64,000 nt of DNA from Paracoccaceae bacterium. Its GTDB lineage: Bacteria; Pseudomonadota; Alphaproteobacteria; Rhodobacterales; Rhodobacteraceae. Made by a program: the position numbers and the translations under genes. Below, one piece after another: positions 1-9,502 of this stretch (its first letter is position 1; each line of letters opens with the position of its first letter). The DNA lies in assembly GCA_019429405.1 (NCBI GenBank), contig JAHYIZ010000001.1:44035-108034 (forward strand), read 5' to 3'. The notes beneath the pieces were generated by a model. That model ran no database searches and was not told the origin of the DNA. It saw nothing but the letters and a program-made list of their open reading frames with translations.

Positions 1-112
1 TCGGCCAGCCGATCATGTGGTTTGTGAGCTTTTTCAAGTTGCCCCATCGTCGTGGCCTCCAATTTTACGGTCAACCTCGACAGGGCAGCCATTCGTGCCT
101 AAGTCTGGTCAC

Positions 113-325
113 ATGAAAGAGCTTTTGCGCACCACCGACCCGGTGAAACTCGCTATCGCCACCGCCCTTCTTGAGGGCGAGGGTATAACGGCGTTTCAGA
201 TGGACGTCCACATGAGCGTGCTTGAAGGCAGCATTGGCATATTGCCGCGCCGACTGATGGTGGCTGATGGCGATCTGGAAACTGCGCAGGTTGTGCTGGC
301 CGATAATGGTCTGGGCGAGGCCTGA
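113..325 (+). CDS. DUF2007-like small protein (putative signal-transducing fold)
   Basis: ORF 17..325. The internal Met at 113 gives about 70 aa (MKELLRTTDPVKLAIATALLEGEGI...), typical of DUF2007 members that precede a COG4123 methyltransferase. Its stop overlaps the next start by 1 nt (TGATG). Confidence 0.6.
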   Translation: MKELLRTTDPVKLAIATALLEGEGITAFQMDVHMSVLEGSIGILPRRLMVADGDLETAQVVLADNGLGEA

Positions 326-1077
326 TGTATGCCGCCGAAGAGCTGAGCGAGGACGCCTTTCTGGGCGGCCGTCTTTCGCTGTTGCAGCCACGCACGGGGT
401 TTCGCGCCGCGATGGATGCGGTGCTGATGGCTGCGGCCTGCCCGGCGCGGGCGGGGCAATCTGTGCTTGAACTGGGGTGTGGTGCAGGGGTTGCAAGTCT
501 GTGCCTTGGGGCGCGTGTGCCCGGTTTGCGGCTTACGGGGCTGGAATTGCAGGCCCGATACGCCGACCTCGCCCGCCGCAACGCAGAGCGATGCGGCTTG
601 CCGCTCGAGGTATTCGAGGGCGATCTTGCAGCACCCCCATCTGCGCTTCGCGCCCGCAGTTTTGACCATGTGCTGGCGAACCCGCCGTTCTTTGCCCATC
701 CCGGCAGCGCCGCCGCCGACCCCGGTCGAGAAGCCGCGCAGCGCGAGGCAACGCCGCTGGCCGCTTGGGTGGCCACCGCGATGCGACGGTTGGCAAGCGG
801 CGGGCATCTGACAATGGTCCTGCGCGCTGACCGTCTGCCCGATGCTTTGGCGGCGTTGGGCCAGGGCGCGGGCAGTGTGACCGTGCGCCCGATTGCCGCG
901 CGTGTCGGGCATTCGGCAGGTCGGGTGCTGATTTTGACCCGCAAGGGCGGGCGCGGGGCGTTCAGGTTACTGGCCCCGTTTGTCATGCACGCGGCCCCGC
1001 ACCATCTGCGCGACGGCGAAGATTTGACGGATGCCGCCCGTGCCATCTTGCGCGCGGGTGCCGCGCTGGAGTGGTAG
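325..1077 (+). CDS. SAM-dependent N6-adenine methyltransferase, TrmN6/YfiC-like
   Basis: 250 aa with the SAM-binding motif VLELGCGAGV and the catalytic NPPF motif (VLANPPFF). Confidence 0.7.
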   Translation: MYAAEELSEDAFLGGRLSLLQPRTGFRAAMDAVLMAAACPARAGQSVLELGCGAGVASLCLGARVPGLRLTGLELQARYADLARRNAERCGLPLEVFEGDLAAPPSALRARSFDHVLANPPFFAHPGSAAADPGREAAQREATPLAAWVATAMRRLASGGHLTMVLRADRLPDALAALGQGAGSVTVRPIAARVGHSAGRVLILTRKGGRGAFRLLAPFVMHAAPHHLRDGEDLTDAARAILRAGAALEW

Positions 1078-1195
1078 CCCCCGGTAGCGCCAAGAGGTCG
1101 CAATGAATTTCGCGCAACCGCACCCTGTGGGGCGTGACACTGTCTGCGGAATGTGGTGCAATCAGTTCGAGAATTATCAGATGAAGGAGACGGCC

Positions 1196-1363
1196 ATGAC
1201 GGTTGATGCGCACATCGAAGAGCTTCGCAAAAAGCATGAAGCGCTTTCCGCAGCGGTCGAAGAAGCCCAGCGCAGCCCCGGCTCCAGCGATGTCGAAATC
1301 GCCGAAATGAAAAAGCAGAAATTGAAGATCAAGGAAGAAATTCACCGGCTGACGAACGAATAA
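1196..1363 (+). CDS. DUF465 (YdcH-like) small coiled-coil protein
   Basis: ORF 1103..1363. AAGGAG at 1184-1189 precedes the ATG at 1196. The 55-aa product MTVDAHIEELRKKHEALSAAVEEAQ...KLKIKEEI follows the DUF465 pattern. Confidence 0.6.
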   Translation: MTVDAHIEELRKKHEALSAAVEEAQRSPGSSDVEIAEMKKQKLKIKEEIHRLTNE

Positions 1364-1366
1364 GCG

Positions 1367-2233
1367 TCAGCGCCGCGCCGCGTGCGCGGCCAGCAGTGCC
1401 CCGCCAGCTATCAGTAATGCCGCCAGCGCCAGCGTGGCACTGGCGGTTGCTTTGTCTGCAAGCACCAGTGCCAGCGTTGATAGCAGGGGCGCTGCATAGG
1501 AGGCGGTGCCGAGCATCTGGATGTCGCCGCGCTTGACGCCGATATCCCAGGTGTAGAACGCCAGTCCCACCGGCCCCAACCCCAGCGCCGCGACCGCGCC
1601 CCAGCCGATGGCGCCCGTGGGCCAAACGGTCACCTCAAGCGCCAGGTGCGCAGGCACCGAGAGCGCGGCCGTCGCCAGACAATAGACCGCAACCGCCGCA
1701 GTGGGCACATTCCCCAAGCGGCGCGAAATCAATGAATAGCCTGTCCAGGTGAGCGCGCAAAGCAGCGCCAACAGGTGCCCGGTCTGAAGGCCGCCACCCG
1801 AACCGCGCCCGCCTGCAACGATCAGCGCAGCACCCGCGAAAGCCATCAGCGCACCCACAATATGCGCCCAACGCAACCGCTCGCCCGGCAAAAGGCCGGA
1901 AACCAGCACGATCAGTAACGGCCAAAGGTACGCGATCAAACCTGCTTCGGCTGGCGGCGCCAAGCGCAGGGCGCTGAAATACAGAAAATGGTATCCGAAT
2001 AGACCCGCAGCACCAAAGGCGTAGACGCCGAGCGGCACCGCCCGCAACTGCGCCAGTCCGCCCGTGCGCACCACCCAGACAAGGCCAATGGCGCCGCCGA
2101 TGGCGAAGGCCAAGGCGTTAAGTTGCAGTGGTGGCACCGGCGCAGTGCCAACGGTGAACAGCGCCAGCAGCGACCAGAGCGCCACCGCCGAAAACCCGAT
2201 CAGCGTGGCGCGCCCGCGCGCGGCCGTTGCCAT
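1367..2233 (-). CDS. EamA/DMT family transporter
   Basis: 288 aa with about 10 hydrophobic helices and two EamA-like halves. Confidence 0.75.
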   Translation of the reverse strand: MATAARGRATLIGFSAVALWSLLALFTVGTAPVPPLQLNALAFAIGGAIGLVWVVRTGGLAQLRAVPLGVYAFGAAGLFGYHFLYFSALRLAPPAEAGLIAYLWPLLIVLVSGLLPGERLRWAHIVGALMAFAGAALIVAGGRGSGGGLQTGHLLALLCALTWTGYSLISRRLGNVPTAAVAVYCLATAALSVPAHLALEVTVWPTGAIGWGAVAALGLGPVGLAFYTWDIGVKRGDIQMLGTASYAAPLLSTLALVLADKATASATLALAALLIAGGALLAAHAARR

Positions 2234-2260
2234 GCGTCAACCTCTCTCTTTGAAGCCCCG

Positions 2261-3445
2261 TTACGGTGAAAATGCCGCGTCGCGTAGCCGCAGGTCATTC
2301 TGGCGCCGTGCCAGATCGGCCTCGGCGGCGGCGAATTGCGCGCGGAATTCGGGGTTCAAGAGACCGCGGTCGGCGCAGAACTGATAGAGCGCGTGGTGCG
2401 GGTCGGTGTTGACCTCGGTCACAACCGGGCCGCGCGTGGTCAGCGCGACATCAAAGCCAAGAATACCGTGGCCGGGAAACATCCGGTGCGCTTCGGTAGT
2501 GATGGCTACCACCTGTGCCCAATCCGGCAATCGCATGCCCGTGATCGGCGCTTCGGGGTTCAGGTGCGAATGCGTAATCTCTCGCCTCCCGCCCGCTTCG
2601 CCCAGCATGACCCGCAAAGCCTCGCCGGTTTGCGGATCGACGTGGACAAGCGCGTTATCGCCGCCCAGCAGGGAATCGACCATCGCGCCGGCTGCGGGCA
2701 ACTTGATGCCGGCGTAGAGCACCTGCGGCCCGCCCGGCACCCAGATCGTACAAACCCGAACGCTCGCGATTACCTCGCCCGCGATGGCGGTGATTTCAGG
2801 TGGCTGGTGCAGCAATTCCTGAAACAGATATCCGCGGTGAAAGTGCTGCGCAATTTCGCCTGCCAGTGCCGCAAGGCTGACGCTGCGACCATCGCCAAGC
2901 AGAATCTCTGCCCCGTCGGGTGAAACCGACAGAAACGATGCCGCGCCAACCGACTGCGAACTGTTCACCGGCTTGCCGAACACCGGCAGGTTTTCCGGGT
3001 TGCGCAGAAACGCTGCGATATCGGCTTCGGTGCGCAGCATTGATAGCGCGCCGTAATTTGCATCAGCCGAAAACACTGCGCGCGTTTGCGCCACTGGAAA
3101 GCCCGCAGCCCGCAGCACGACTTCGGTCAGCACCTTGTCGGTCACAAGCGATGAAAGCAGCTCAAGCGATGGCGGCGACAGCCGCGCATTGACATCGTGC
3201 CCGCCCCTTGGAGAGACAAAGCTCGCCCGCTCTGCCATCGTAAGAGATGGTCGGAAAAGCTCGAATCTCAGGTAGTCGATCGGGCGCAGCCTGCCGCGCC
3301 TGCGCGCCAGTCGCACCATATCCCAGATCATCGACGATGTTGAACGTCCGCTCTCGCGCTGCGCCTTTCGCAACCAAAAGCCAAGGTCGGGGTCGTTCTT
3401 GCGGATCTTGGTCGCAAGGATCGTTTCGGCGCGTGCCACGGCCAT
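2261..3445 (-). CDS. ATP-grasp-like protein (sugar-transfer-associated ATP-grasp type)
   Basis: ORF 2261..3604 trimmed to MAVARAE at 3445, to avoid running into phbB. It has a C-terminal ATP-grasp-like E-x-N motif (VVTEVNTDP). The family assignment is from memory only. Confidence 0.5.
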   Translation of the reverse strand: MAVARAETILATKIRKNDPDLGFWLRKAQRESGRSTSSMIWDMVRLARRRGRLRPIDYLRFELFRPSLTMAERASFVSPRGGHDVNARLSPPSLELLSSLVTDKVLTEVVLRAAGFPVAQTRAVFSADANYGALSMLRTEADIAAFLRNPENLPVFGKPVNSSQSVGAASFLSVSPDGAEILLGDGRSVSLAALAGEIAQHFHRGYLFQELLHQPPEITAIAGEVIASVRVCTIWVPGGPQVLYAGIKLPAAGAMVDSLLGGDNALVHVDPQTGEALRVMLGEAGGRREITHSHLNPEAPITGMRLPDWAQVVAITTEAHRMFPGHGILGFDVALTTRGPVVTEVNTDPHHALYQFCADRGLLNPEFRAQFAAAEADLARRQNDLRLRDAAFSP

Positions 3446-3512
3446 GTTTCGCTCCACCAGCAGGGTGCGGGGGCAACCTAGCGGCCTTCCCCCGCACCCG
3501 CAATGCGGTGCG

Positions 3513-4235
3513 TCAGACGAAGAACTGCGCGCCGTTCGCCGAAATTGTCGAACCGTTGATGAAGCCCGCGTCTTCGGCCGCAAGGAACACCACGCAGCGC
3601 GCAATCTCTTCGGGTTCGCCCAGCCGCCCGGCGGGAATTTGCGCGATGATCGATTCGCGCACCTTCTCGGGCACCGCCATCACCATATCGGTGGCGATGT
3701 AGCCGGGGCAAATCGCGTTGGCGGTAATGTTGAAGCGCGCGCCCTCTTGCGCCAGCGATTTTGTGATGCCCAGATCGCCCGCTTTCGACGCAGCGTAATT
3801 GACCTGCGCGAACTGGCCCTTTTGCCCGTTGATCGAGCTGATCGTGATGATGCGACCAAATTTGCGCTCGCGCATGCCGGGCCAGACGGGGTGGGTCATG
3901 TTGAAGACGCCCGAAAGGTTGGTGTCGATCACTTCGGACCACTGCTGGCGGGTCATCTTGTGAAACGGCGCATCGCGGGTGATGCCAGCGTTGTTCACCA
4001 GCACGTCGATCGGGCCAAGATCGGCCTCGACCTTTGCCACGCCCGCCGCGCAAGCATCATAATCGGCCACCGACCATTTGTAGGTGGGAATGCCGGTTTC
4101 TTCGGTAAACTTGGCTGCCGCCGCATCATTGCCCGCGTAGTTGGCCGCGACCTTGTAGCCCGCCGCTTTCAGCGCGACTGATATGGCCGCGCCGATGCCG
4201 CGCGAACCGCCTGTAACGAGTGCCACTCTCGACAT
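3513..4235 (-). CDS. phbB: acetoacetyl-CoA reductase
   Basis: 240 aa starting MSRVALVTGGSRGIG. SDR motifs NNAG and YxxxK (YAASKAG) are present, and it lies directly downstream of the thiolase gene. Confidence 0.9.
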   Translation of the reverse strand: MSRVALVTGGSRGIGAAISVALKAAGYKVAANYAGNDAAAAKFTEETGIPTYKWSVADYDACAAGVAKVEADLGPIDVLVNNAGITRDAPFHKMTRQQWSEVIDTNLSGVFNMTHPVWPGMRERKFGRIITISSINGQKGQFAQVNYAASKAGDLGITKSLAQEGARFNITANAICPGYIATDMVMAVPEKVRESIIAQIPAGRLGEPEEIARCVVFLAAEDAGFINGSTISANGAQFFV

Positions 4236-4336
4236 GATTCCCTCCCAAAAATCTGCTAACGTTGGAATCCTGTTACCGAAAATAAAGGGGGCGCGCAACA
4301 TTGTTGCGCGCCCCGATCAAGCATTTGGCAATCGTC

Positions 4337-5512
4337 TCAGGCCTTTTCGAGGCACATGGCCACGCCCATGCCACCGCCAATGCAGAGCGTCGCAAGCCCC
4401 TTCTTGGCGCCCGACCGCTTCATTTCAAACAGAAGGGTGTTGAGAATGCGCGCGCCCGAGGCGCCGATCGGGTGGCCGATGGCAATCGCGCCGCCGTTGA
4501 CGTTGACCTTGGCGGTATCCCAGCCCAGGTCGGCGTTGACCGCGCAGGCCTGCGCGGCAAAGGCCTCGTTCGCCTCGATCAGATCGAGGTCCGAGGCTTT
4601 CCAGCCCGCCTTGGCCAGCGCCTTGCGGCTGGCCGGAATCGGGCCGCAGCCCATGATCGAAGGGTCAACCCCGGCGGTGGCATATGAAGCGATGCGCGCG
4701 AGCGGTTTCAGCCCGCGCTTGGCAGCCTCAGCCTCGGACATCAGCAGCACCGCCGCCGCGCCGTCGTTAATGCCCGAAGCGTTGCCAGCGGTGACGGTGC
4801 CATCCTTGGCGAAGGCAGGTCTGAGCTTTTGCAGCGATTCGAGCGTGGCGCCGTGGCGGATGTATTCGTCCGCGTTCACCACAATGTCACCCTTGCGGGT
4901 CTTCACCGTGAAGGCCACGATTTCGTCGGCGAATTTGCCCGCCTTTTGCGCGGCTTCCGCCTTGTTCTGGCTGGCCAGCGCGAAAGCATCCTGCATATCG
5001 CGGCTGATCTGCCACTGCTTGGCAACGTTTTCGGCGGTAATGCCCATGTGATAGCCGTTGAAGATATCCCACAGCCCGTCGCGGATCATCGAATCGATAA
5101 AGCTGATGTCGCCCATCTTCTGCCCGGCGCGCAGGTGCGCAACATGGGGCGCCAGCGACATGCTTTCCTGCCCGCCGGCAATCACGATCTCGGCGTCGCC
5201 CAGCTGCACGTGTTGCGCCGCAAGCGCCACCGCGCGCAGACCCGAGCCGCAGACCTGATTGATGCACCAAGCCGCCGATTCGATTGGCAGTCCGGCCTTG
5301 ATATGCGCCTGACGGGCGGGGTTTTGCCCCTGCCCTGCGGTCAGAACGTGACCGAGAATAGTTTCCGAAACCTCGGCTTTTTCAATGCCCGCGCGCGCCA
5401 CGACCTCAGCCAGAACCGCCGCGCCCAGATCATGCGCGGGCGTGTTGGCAAAAGCGCCGTTGAAGCTGCCAACGGCGGTGCGTGCCGCCGAAACGATTAC
5501 GACATTGGTCAT
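4337..5512 (-). CDS. phbA: acetyl-CoA acetyltransferase (beta-ketothiolase)
   Basis: 391 aa with thiolase signatures ([12 protein letters not shown]; [17 protein letters not shown]; CIGGGMG). Confidence 0.92.
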   Translation of the reverse strand: MTNVVIVSAARTAVGSFNGAFANTPAHDLGAAVLAEVVARAGIEKAEVSETILGHVLTAGQGQNPARQAHIKAGLPIESAAWCINQVCGSGLRAVALAAQHVQLGDAEIVIAGGQESMSLAPHVAHLRAGQKMGDISFIDSMIRDGLWDIFNGYHMGITAENVAKQWQISRDMQDAFALASQNKAEAAQKAGKFADEIVAFTVKTRKGDIVVNADEYIRHGATLESLQKLRPAFAKDGTVTAGNASGINDGAAAVLLMSEAEAAKRGLKPLARIASYATAGVDPSIMGCGPIPASRKALAKAGWKASDLDLIEANEAFAAQACAVNADLGWDTAKVNVNGGAIAIGHPIGASGARILNTLLFEMKRSGAKKGLATLCIGGGMGVAMCLEKA

Positions 5513-5659
5513 GGATCCCCTCCCAAATGCGGATAAGCAAATTCAGGGCGCAAAGCGCCCCGATGCCGCTGTGCAGCATGCCGAAAGCTGACTGCGGGTC
5601 AAGCCAAATGGTAACAGCTGCCAAGGCACCGCGCAATTAACGTGCGTGGCCGCTTGGCC

Positions 5660-6499
5660 TCAGGCGCGCATTTTTGCGGTCGGGGCCTTCCATGGCGGCA
5701 AAATGGTGGGCGCGCCGAAGTAATAGCCCTGCATGCAGTCGATGCCGAGGCCTTGCAGAAAGGCCGCATCGCGCGCGTTCTCAACCGACTCGGCCACGGT
5801 GAACATGTCGAAGTGCCGCGCGATCGACATCAAGGCCTGCGTCAGCACCTGGTTGTCGGCGCTTTCGGCAATGCCCCGAATGAACTGACCGTCAATCTTG
5901 ATGATGTCGAAGTAGAACTCGCGCAGGTAGCGAAACGAGGTATAGCCCGCGCCGAAATCATCGAGCGCGAAGGAGACGCCGCGCTGCTGCAGATCTTGCA
6001 TGAATACCGACACGAGTTCGGGCATGACCATGGCCGAGCTCTCGGTGATTTCGAGGATCAGCCTTTCGGCTGCGGTGTCATCCTTCGCCAGGCCACGGTT
6101 GAGCGTCTTGAGCCAGTTCGGGTAGCCGATCGAGCGCGCCGACATGTTGATGGCCAGCCGCAGGCCGGGGTCTTCGGCCAGTGCGATCAGGCCCATTTCC
6201 AATGACAGGCAGTCGATCTTGCGGCCAAGCTCGGTGGTTTCGATGGTTTCTATAAAATCCTTGGCGGGGATGATGCGCCCGGTCTCGTCAAGCAACCGGA
6301 TCAAGCCCTCGTAGAATGCAGGCCGATCAGGGCGGGCGCCCTGCACGATCGGCTGAAACGCCAACACGACATCTCGCCGGTCTACCGCGCGGCGCACCAG
6401 CGACATGGTTTCACGGTCACGCTCGGCCACGGCGTAATCAAGCGGGCTAACCAAACCCGGCTCGACCGGCTGGCTTGGCGGACATTCGCGCTGATGCAT
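5660..6499 (-). CDS. EAL-domain cyclic-di-GMP phosphodiesterase (stand-alone EAL)
   Basis: 279 aa with the motifs FQPIV, LEITES, DDFGAGYTSFRYL, IKIDGQFI, AESVE and QGYYFG. Confidence 0.85.
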   Translation of the reverse strand: MHQRECPPSQPVEPGLVSPLDYAVAERDRETMSLVRRAVDRRDVVLAFQPIVQGARPDRPAFYEGLIRLLDETGRIIPAKDFIETIETTELGRKIDCLSLEMGLIALAEDPGLRLAINMSARSIGYPNWLKTLNRGLAKDDTAAERLILEITESSAMVMPELVSVFMQDLQQRGVSFALDDFGAGYTSFRYLREFYFDIIKIDGQFIRGIAESADNQVLTQALMSIARHFDMFTVAESVENARDAAFLQGLGIDCMQGYYFGAPTILPPWKAPTAKMRA

Positions 6500-6688
6500 G
6501 GCCTACTCCTTGGTGCCTTGCCGCAATGTCGCCGCGAAGCAGCTAAGAAGGGGTAAAAGATCGCGTTTGCCTCGAATTGCGGCGATTTCGGTCGGGGCAG
6601 GAAATTGCTCTGCCGCTGGCCAGATGCAACTGCGCGTTAACGCGGGCCTTTTATGTTCGGCGCAAATGTCGGTCACGAGGGGTCAGGG

Positions 6689-7939
6689 ATGTTGGCAGAT
6701 TCGCGCATGGCTGCGCCAAGATTGGCTTTTGACCCGACCGAGGCACCGTTCGGGGTTGAAGAAATCTTCTATTCGCGCACCGACAGGCGCGGCGTGGTTC
6801 AAGCTGGCAACGCAGTCTTTCAGCGCGTTTGCGGCCACGAATGGGCGCGTCTGATCGGCGCGCCGCACCGCATCATCCGCCACCCCGACACGCCGCGTGC
6901 CGTGTTCTGGGTGTTGTGGCAAGCGTTGAAGGCGAACCGGCCGATTGGCGCCTACGTCAAGAATCTTGCGCAGGATGGGCGGCACTATTGGGTCTTTTCG
7001 GTGGTTCTGCCGTTGGCAGACGGCTACCTGTCGGTTCGCATCAAACCCACCAGCGCGCTCTTTGCCGCGATCAAGCCGGAGTATGAGGCGCTGGCCGCGC
7101 GCGAAAAGGCCGAGGCGCTGACGCCCGAGGCAAGTGCGGCTGCGCTGTCTGCGCGGTTGCCGGAGCTGGGCTTCGCAGATTACCCCGCATTCATGGCGCG
7201 CGCTCTGGGTGATGAAATCGCGGCCCGAGATGCGGCACTGGGGCGCGCGGGCGACCCACAGGCGCTCGCGTTGGCGGGCATCGGCGGCCTTCTGGAACAG
7301 GCGATGGCCGAACAAAAGGAGCTTTCTGCAACGTTCGAATCGCTGCAATCCATTCCCACCAACATGCGAATCGTCGCCTCGCGGCTAGAACCCGCTGGCG
7401 GCCCGATCAGCGCAATATCGGACAATTACAAGATTGCCTCGCATGAGATTCTCTTGCGTTTGCGAGCACTTGCGGGGCAACGCGGCAATCTGGGCGACAC
7501 GATGGCCGAAACCGTCGGGCAGGGCCTTTTTTTGCTCGGGTGCGCGCGGGTGCAAGCGGAGTGCGTGCGGCAGTTCCAAAACGAGCCGCAGGGTGCCGCA
7601 CCTACCGACCATGCCGCCGAAATGGCGCATCTGCGCGCGCTCGAACTCGAATGTGCCGCTCAGGCCCGCACCGGGCTGGCCGAAGCGGCGACAGCAGCGG
7701 CGGGGCTGGCGCACGCCAGCCGCGGTATTCGGCGCCTGATGCTGGGGCTCGATTCGATCCGCGTCATGGGGCGGGTTGAAAACGGGCGTTTGCGCGGCAA
7801 CGCGGGCGGTCTCGCCGCGACGCTCGACCAACTCGACCGGTATCATGCCGACATCAAGTCACGGCTGGAGGCCATTGCGGGCTGTTCGGAGCAGATCGAG
7901 CAGATGGCCCAGACGCGGGGTGCGAAGGCGGCGGCGTGA
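6689..7939 (+). CDS. soluble PAS-domain protein with degenerate MCP-like signalling domain
   Basis: ORF 6653..7939. GAGGGG precedes the ATG at 6689. The N-terminus is an Aer-type PAS domain (IFYSRTDRRGVVQAGNAVFQRV...HRIIRHPDTP). The C-terminal helical region has the hairpin-like segment IPTNMRIVASRLEPAGGPISAISDNYKIAS. No TM helices. Confidence 0.65.
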   Translation: MLADSRMAAPRLAFDPTEAPFGVEEIFYSRTDRRGVVQAGNAVFQRVCGHEWARLIGAPHRIIRHPDTPRAVFWVLWQALKANRPIGAYVKNLAQDGRHYWVFSVVLPLADGYLSVRIKPTSALFAAIKPEYEALAAREKAEALTPEASAAALSARLPELGFADYPAFMARALGDEIAARDAALGRAGDPQALALAGIGGLLEQAMAEQKELSATFESLQSIPTNMRIVASRLEPAGGPISAISDNYKIASHEILLRLRALAGQRGNLGDTMAETVGQGLFLLGCARVQAECVRQFQNEPQGAAPTDHAAEMAHLRALELECAAQARTGLAEAATAAAGLAHASRGIRRLMLGLDSIRVMGRVENGRLRGNAGGLAATLDQLDRYHADIKSRLEAIAGCSEQIEQMAQTRGAKAAA

Positions 7940-8033
7940 CGCCCGCAAGCTTTGCGTGCAAGAAATGACGTGGGTCGGCACAAACAGGCCCGGCCAGCAA
8001 GCCCGTGCCCACCACCTCAAACCCGGCGGCGGT

Positions 8034-8639
8034 TCAGTTTACCGGCACAGGTTCGCTTTCGGCCACCAGCGCGGCCAAAAGCGCGACCGCCTCGGCCTCG
8101 TCCCAGGCCGCGTCGCCGATCAACCGCGCCACCTCGCGGCCCTCGCGGTCGAGTATCAACGTCACCGGCAGACCAAGGATGCCCAGATCGCGCGCAAGGC
8201 GCTGGCGTTCATCCCGCAGAATCTGCAATTGCGTCACCCCGGCCTCGGCAAAGAATTTTTCGATCGCGGGCATCGCGTTGCGCCCGGTGGCGACCGTCAG
8301 CACCTGAAAATCGTCGCTGCCCATGGCGCCTTGCAGCCGGTCGAGCGACGGCATTTCTATTCGGCAACTGGCGCACCAGGTGGCCCAGAAATTCACCACG
8401 AGCACCTTGCCGCGCCATTCCGCCAGGCTGCGCTCGGCGCCGGTTTCATCAAGCAGAACGACCTCGGGCATCGGCGCGGGAGCGGTGGCAAAGTTGAGCT
8501 TCTTCATATCGCCCACGCGCAGCGCGGCCAAATCTGTGGCCAGCGCGCCTTGCCCGGCAAGCGCTACGGCGGCGGCAAATGCAATGCGGCGAAGCAGGGT
8601 CATGGCGCTGTCCTCTGGGCGGCGGGTATCGCACCTCAT
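8034..8639 (-). CDS. TlpA-family thiol:disulfide oxidoreductase
   Basis: 201 aa with a signal/anchor sequence and the thioredoxin-fold CxxC motif WATWCASC. Confidence 0.8.
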   Translation of the reverse strand: MRCDTRRPEDSAMTLLRRIAFAAAVALAGQGALATDLAALRVGDMKKLNFATAPAPMPEVVLLDETGAERSLAEWRGKVLVVNFWATWCASCRIEMPSLDRLQGAMGSDDFQVLTVATGRNAMPAIEKFFAEAGVTQLQILRDERQRLARDLGILGLPVTLILDREGREVARLIGDAAWDEAEAVALLAALVAESEPVPVN

Positions 8640-8882
8640 TCACTTAGCGCGTTGCCGGTGCTCGCGAAACCCACCTCACCAACTCGTCATTGCAACCGGG
8701 GCTTGAGGCCGCGCGCGAATTGCGCCAGATTGGGCACGGGTCGGCAGTTCACCCAGGCGTCACCGTGCCGCAATGGCAAGCTAAACCTGCACCACCTGCA
8801 CCGGGTCATCTGTCCCAGCGTGCCGCGTCGAAAGCCGGTGACCATCGACCCTTAATGGCCCCGGCACGACACGAGGACCGAT

Positions 8883-9419
8883 ATGACACGAACGGCTTAT
8901 ACCTTTGAGGTCGCGGATATTTCCGCGCTGGCCAAGGCGCTGGTGCGGCAGTTGGAAGGGGCGGCGCAACCGCCCGGCCATCTCGCCATGCTCAACATGC
9001 TGGCGCGCGGCGCGGGCTGGCGCAACTTTCAACACTTTCGCGCCAGCCGAAGTGCCGAGGTGGCGCTGGCCGAAGCCCCCGCTGCCGAGGTAACAGATTT
9101 CGCGCAGGTCACGCGCGCGCTGCGCCAGTTTGACGCGCAAGGGCGGCTGATCCGCTGGCCGTCGCGGGCAAGCCAGGTCACGCTGTGCCTCTGGCCGCTT
9201 TGGGCGCGAATCCCCGCCGACACCTCGATGACCGAACGCGAGATAAGCGCGCGGCTTGATGCTTGGCACCTCTTTGGCGATGCGGCGCAGTTGCGCCGGT
9301 CGATGGTCGGCGCGCGGATGCTGTCGCGCAGGCCCGATTGCACCGATTACCGCCGGGTGGAACAGCGCCCGCCACCCGAGGCGCTGGCGCTGATCGGCCA
9401 GCTTCAGGCACGCACCTGA
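8883..9419 (+). CDS. DUF2087-like protein
   Basis: 178 aa. The C-terminal segment MTEREISARLDAWHLFGDAAQLRRSMV resembles the DUF2087 core. Assigned from memory. Confidence 0.5.
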   Translation: MTRTAYTFEVADISALAKALVRQLEGAAQPPGHLAMLNMLARGAGWRNFQHFRASRSAEVALAEAPAAEVTDFAQVTRALRQFDAQGRLIRWPSRASQVTLCLWPLWARIPADTSMTEREISARLDAWHLFGDAAQLRRSMVGARMLSRRPDCTDYRRVEQRPPPEALALIGQLQART

Positions 9420-9502
9420 CGCAAGACCGGCGCGGGCATTTGCGCGCAAGGCCCGCGCCGTGTAAGGCTCGGCGCAACTGAGATTGCGCCGGGGCCATAC
9501 CG

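Noticed and set aside
153-1103. 316-aa and 238-aa minus-strand ORFs covering the methyltransferase gene
   Set aside because: Their composition is spurious for high-GC DNA. The plus-strand frame carries SAM-binding and NPPF motifs.
8640-8882. 243-nt gene-free gap upstream of the DUF2087-like gene, considered for an sRNA or small ORF
   Set aside because: I could find no convincing hairpin-plus-U-tract, promoter hexamers or conserved-looking small ORF. The track ORF 8690..8908 is compositionally spurious. I leave the gap unannotated.
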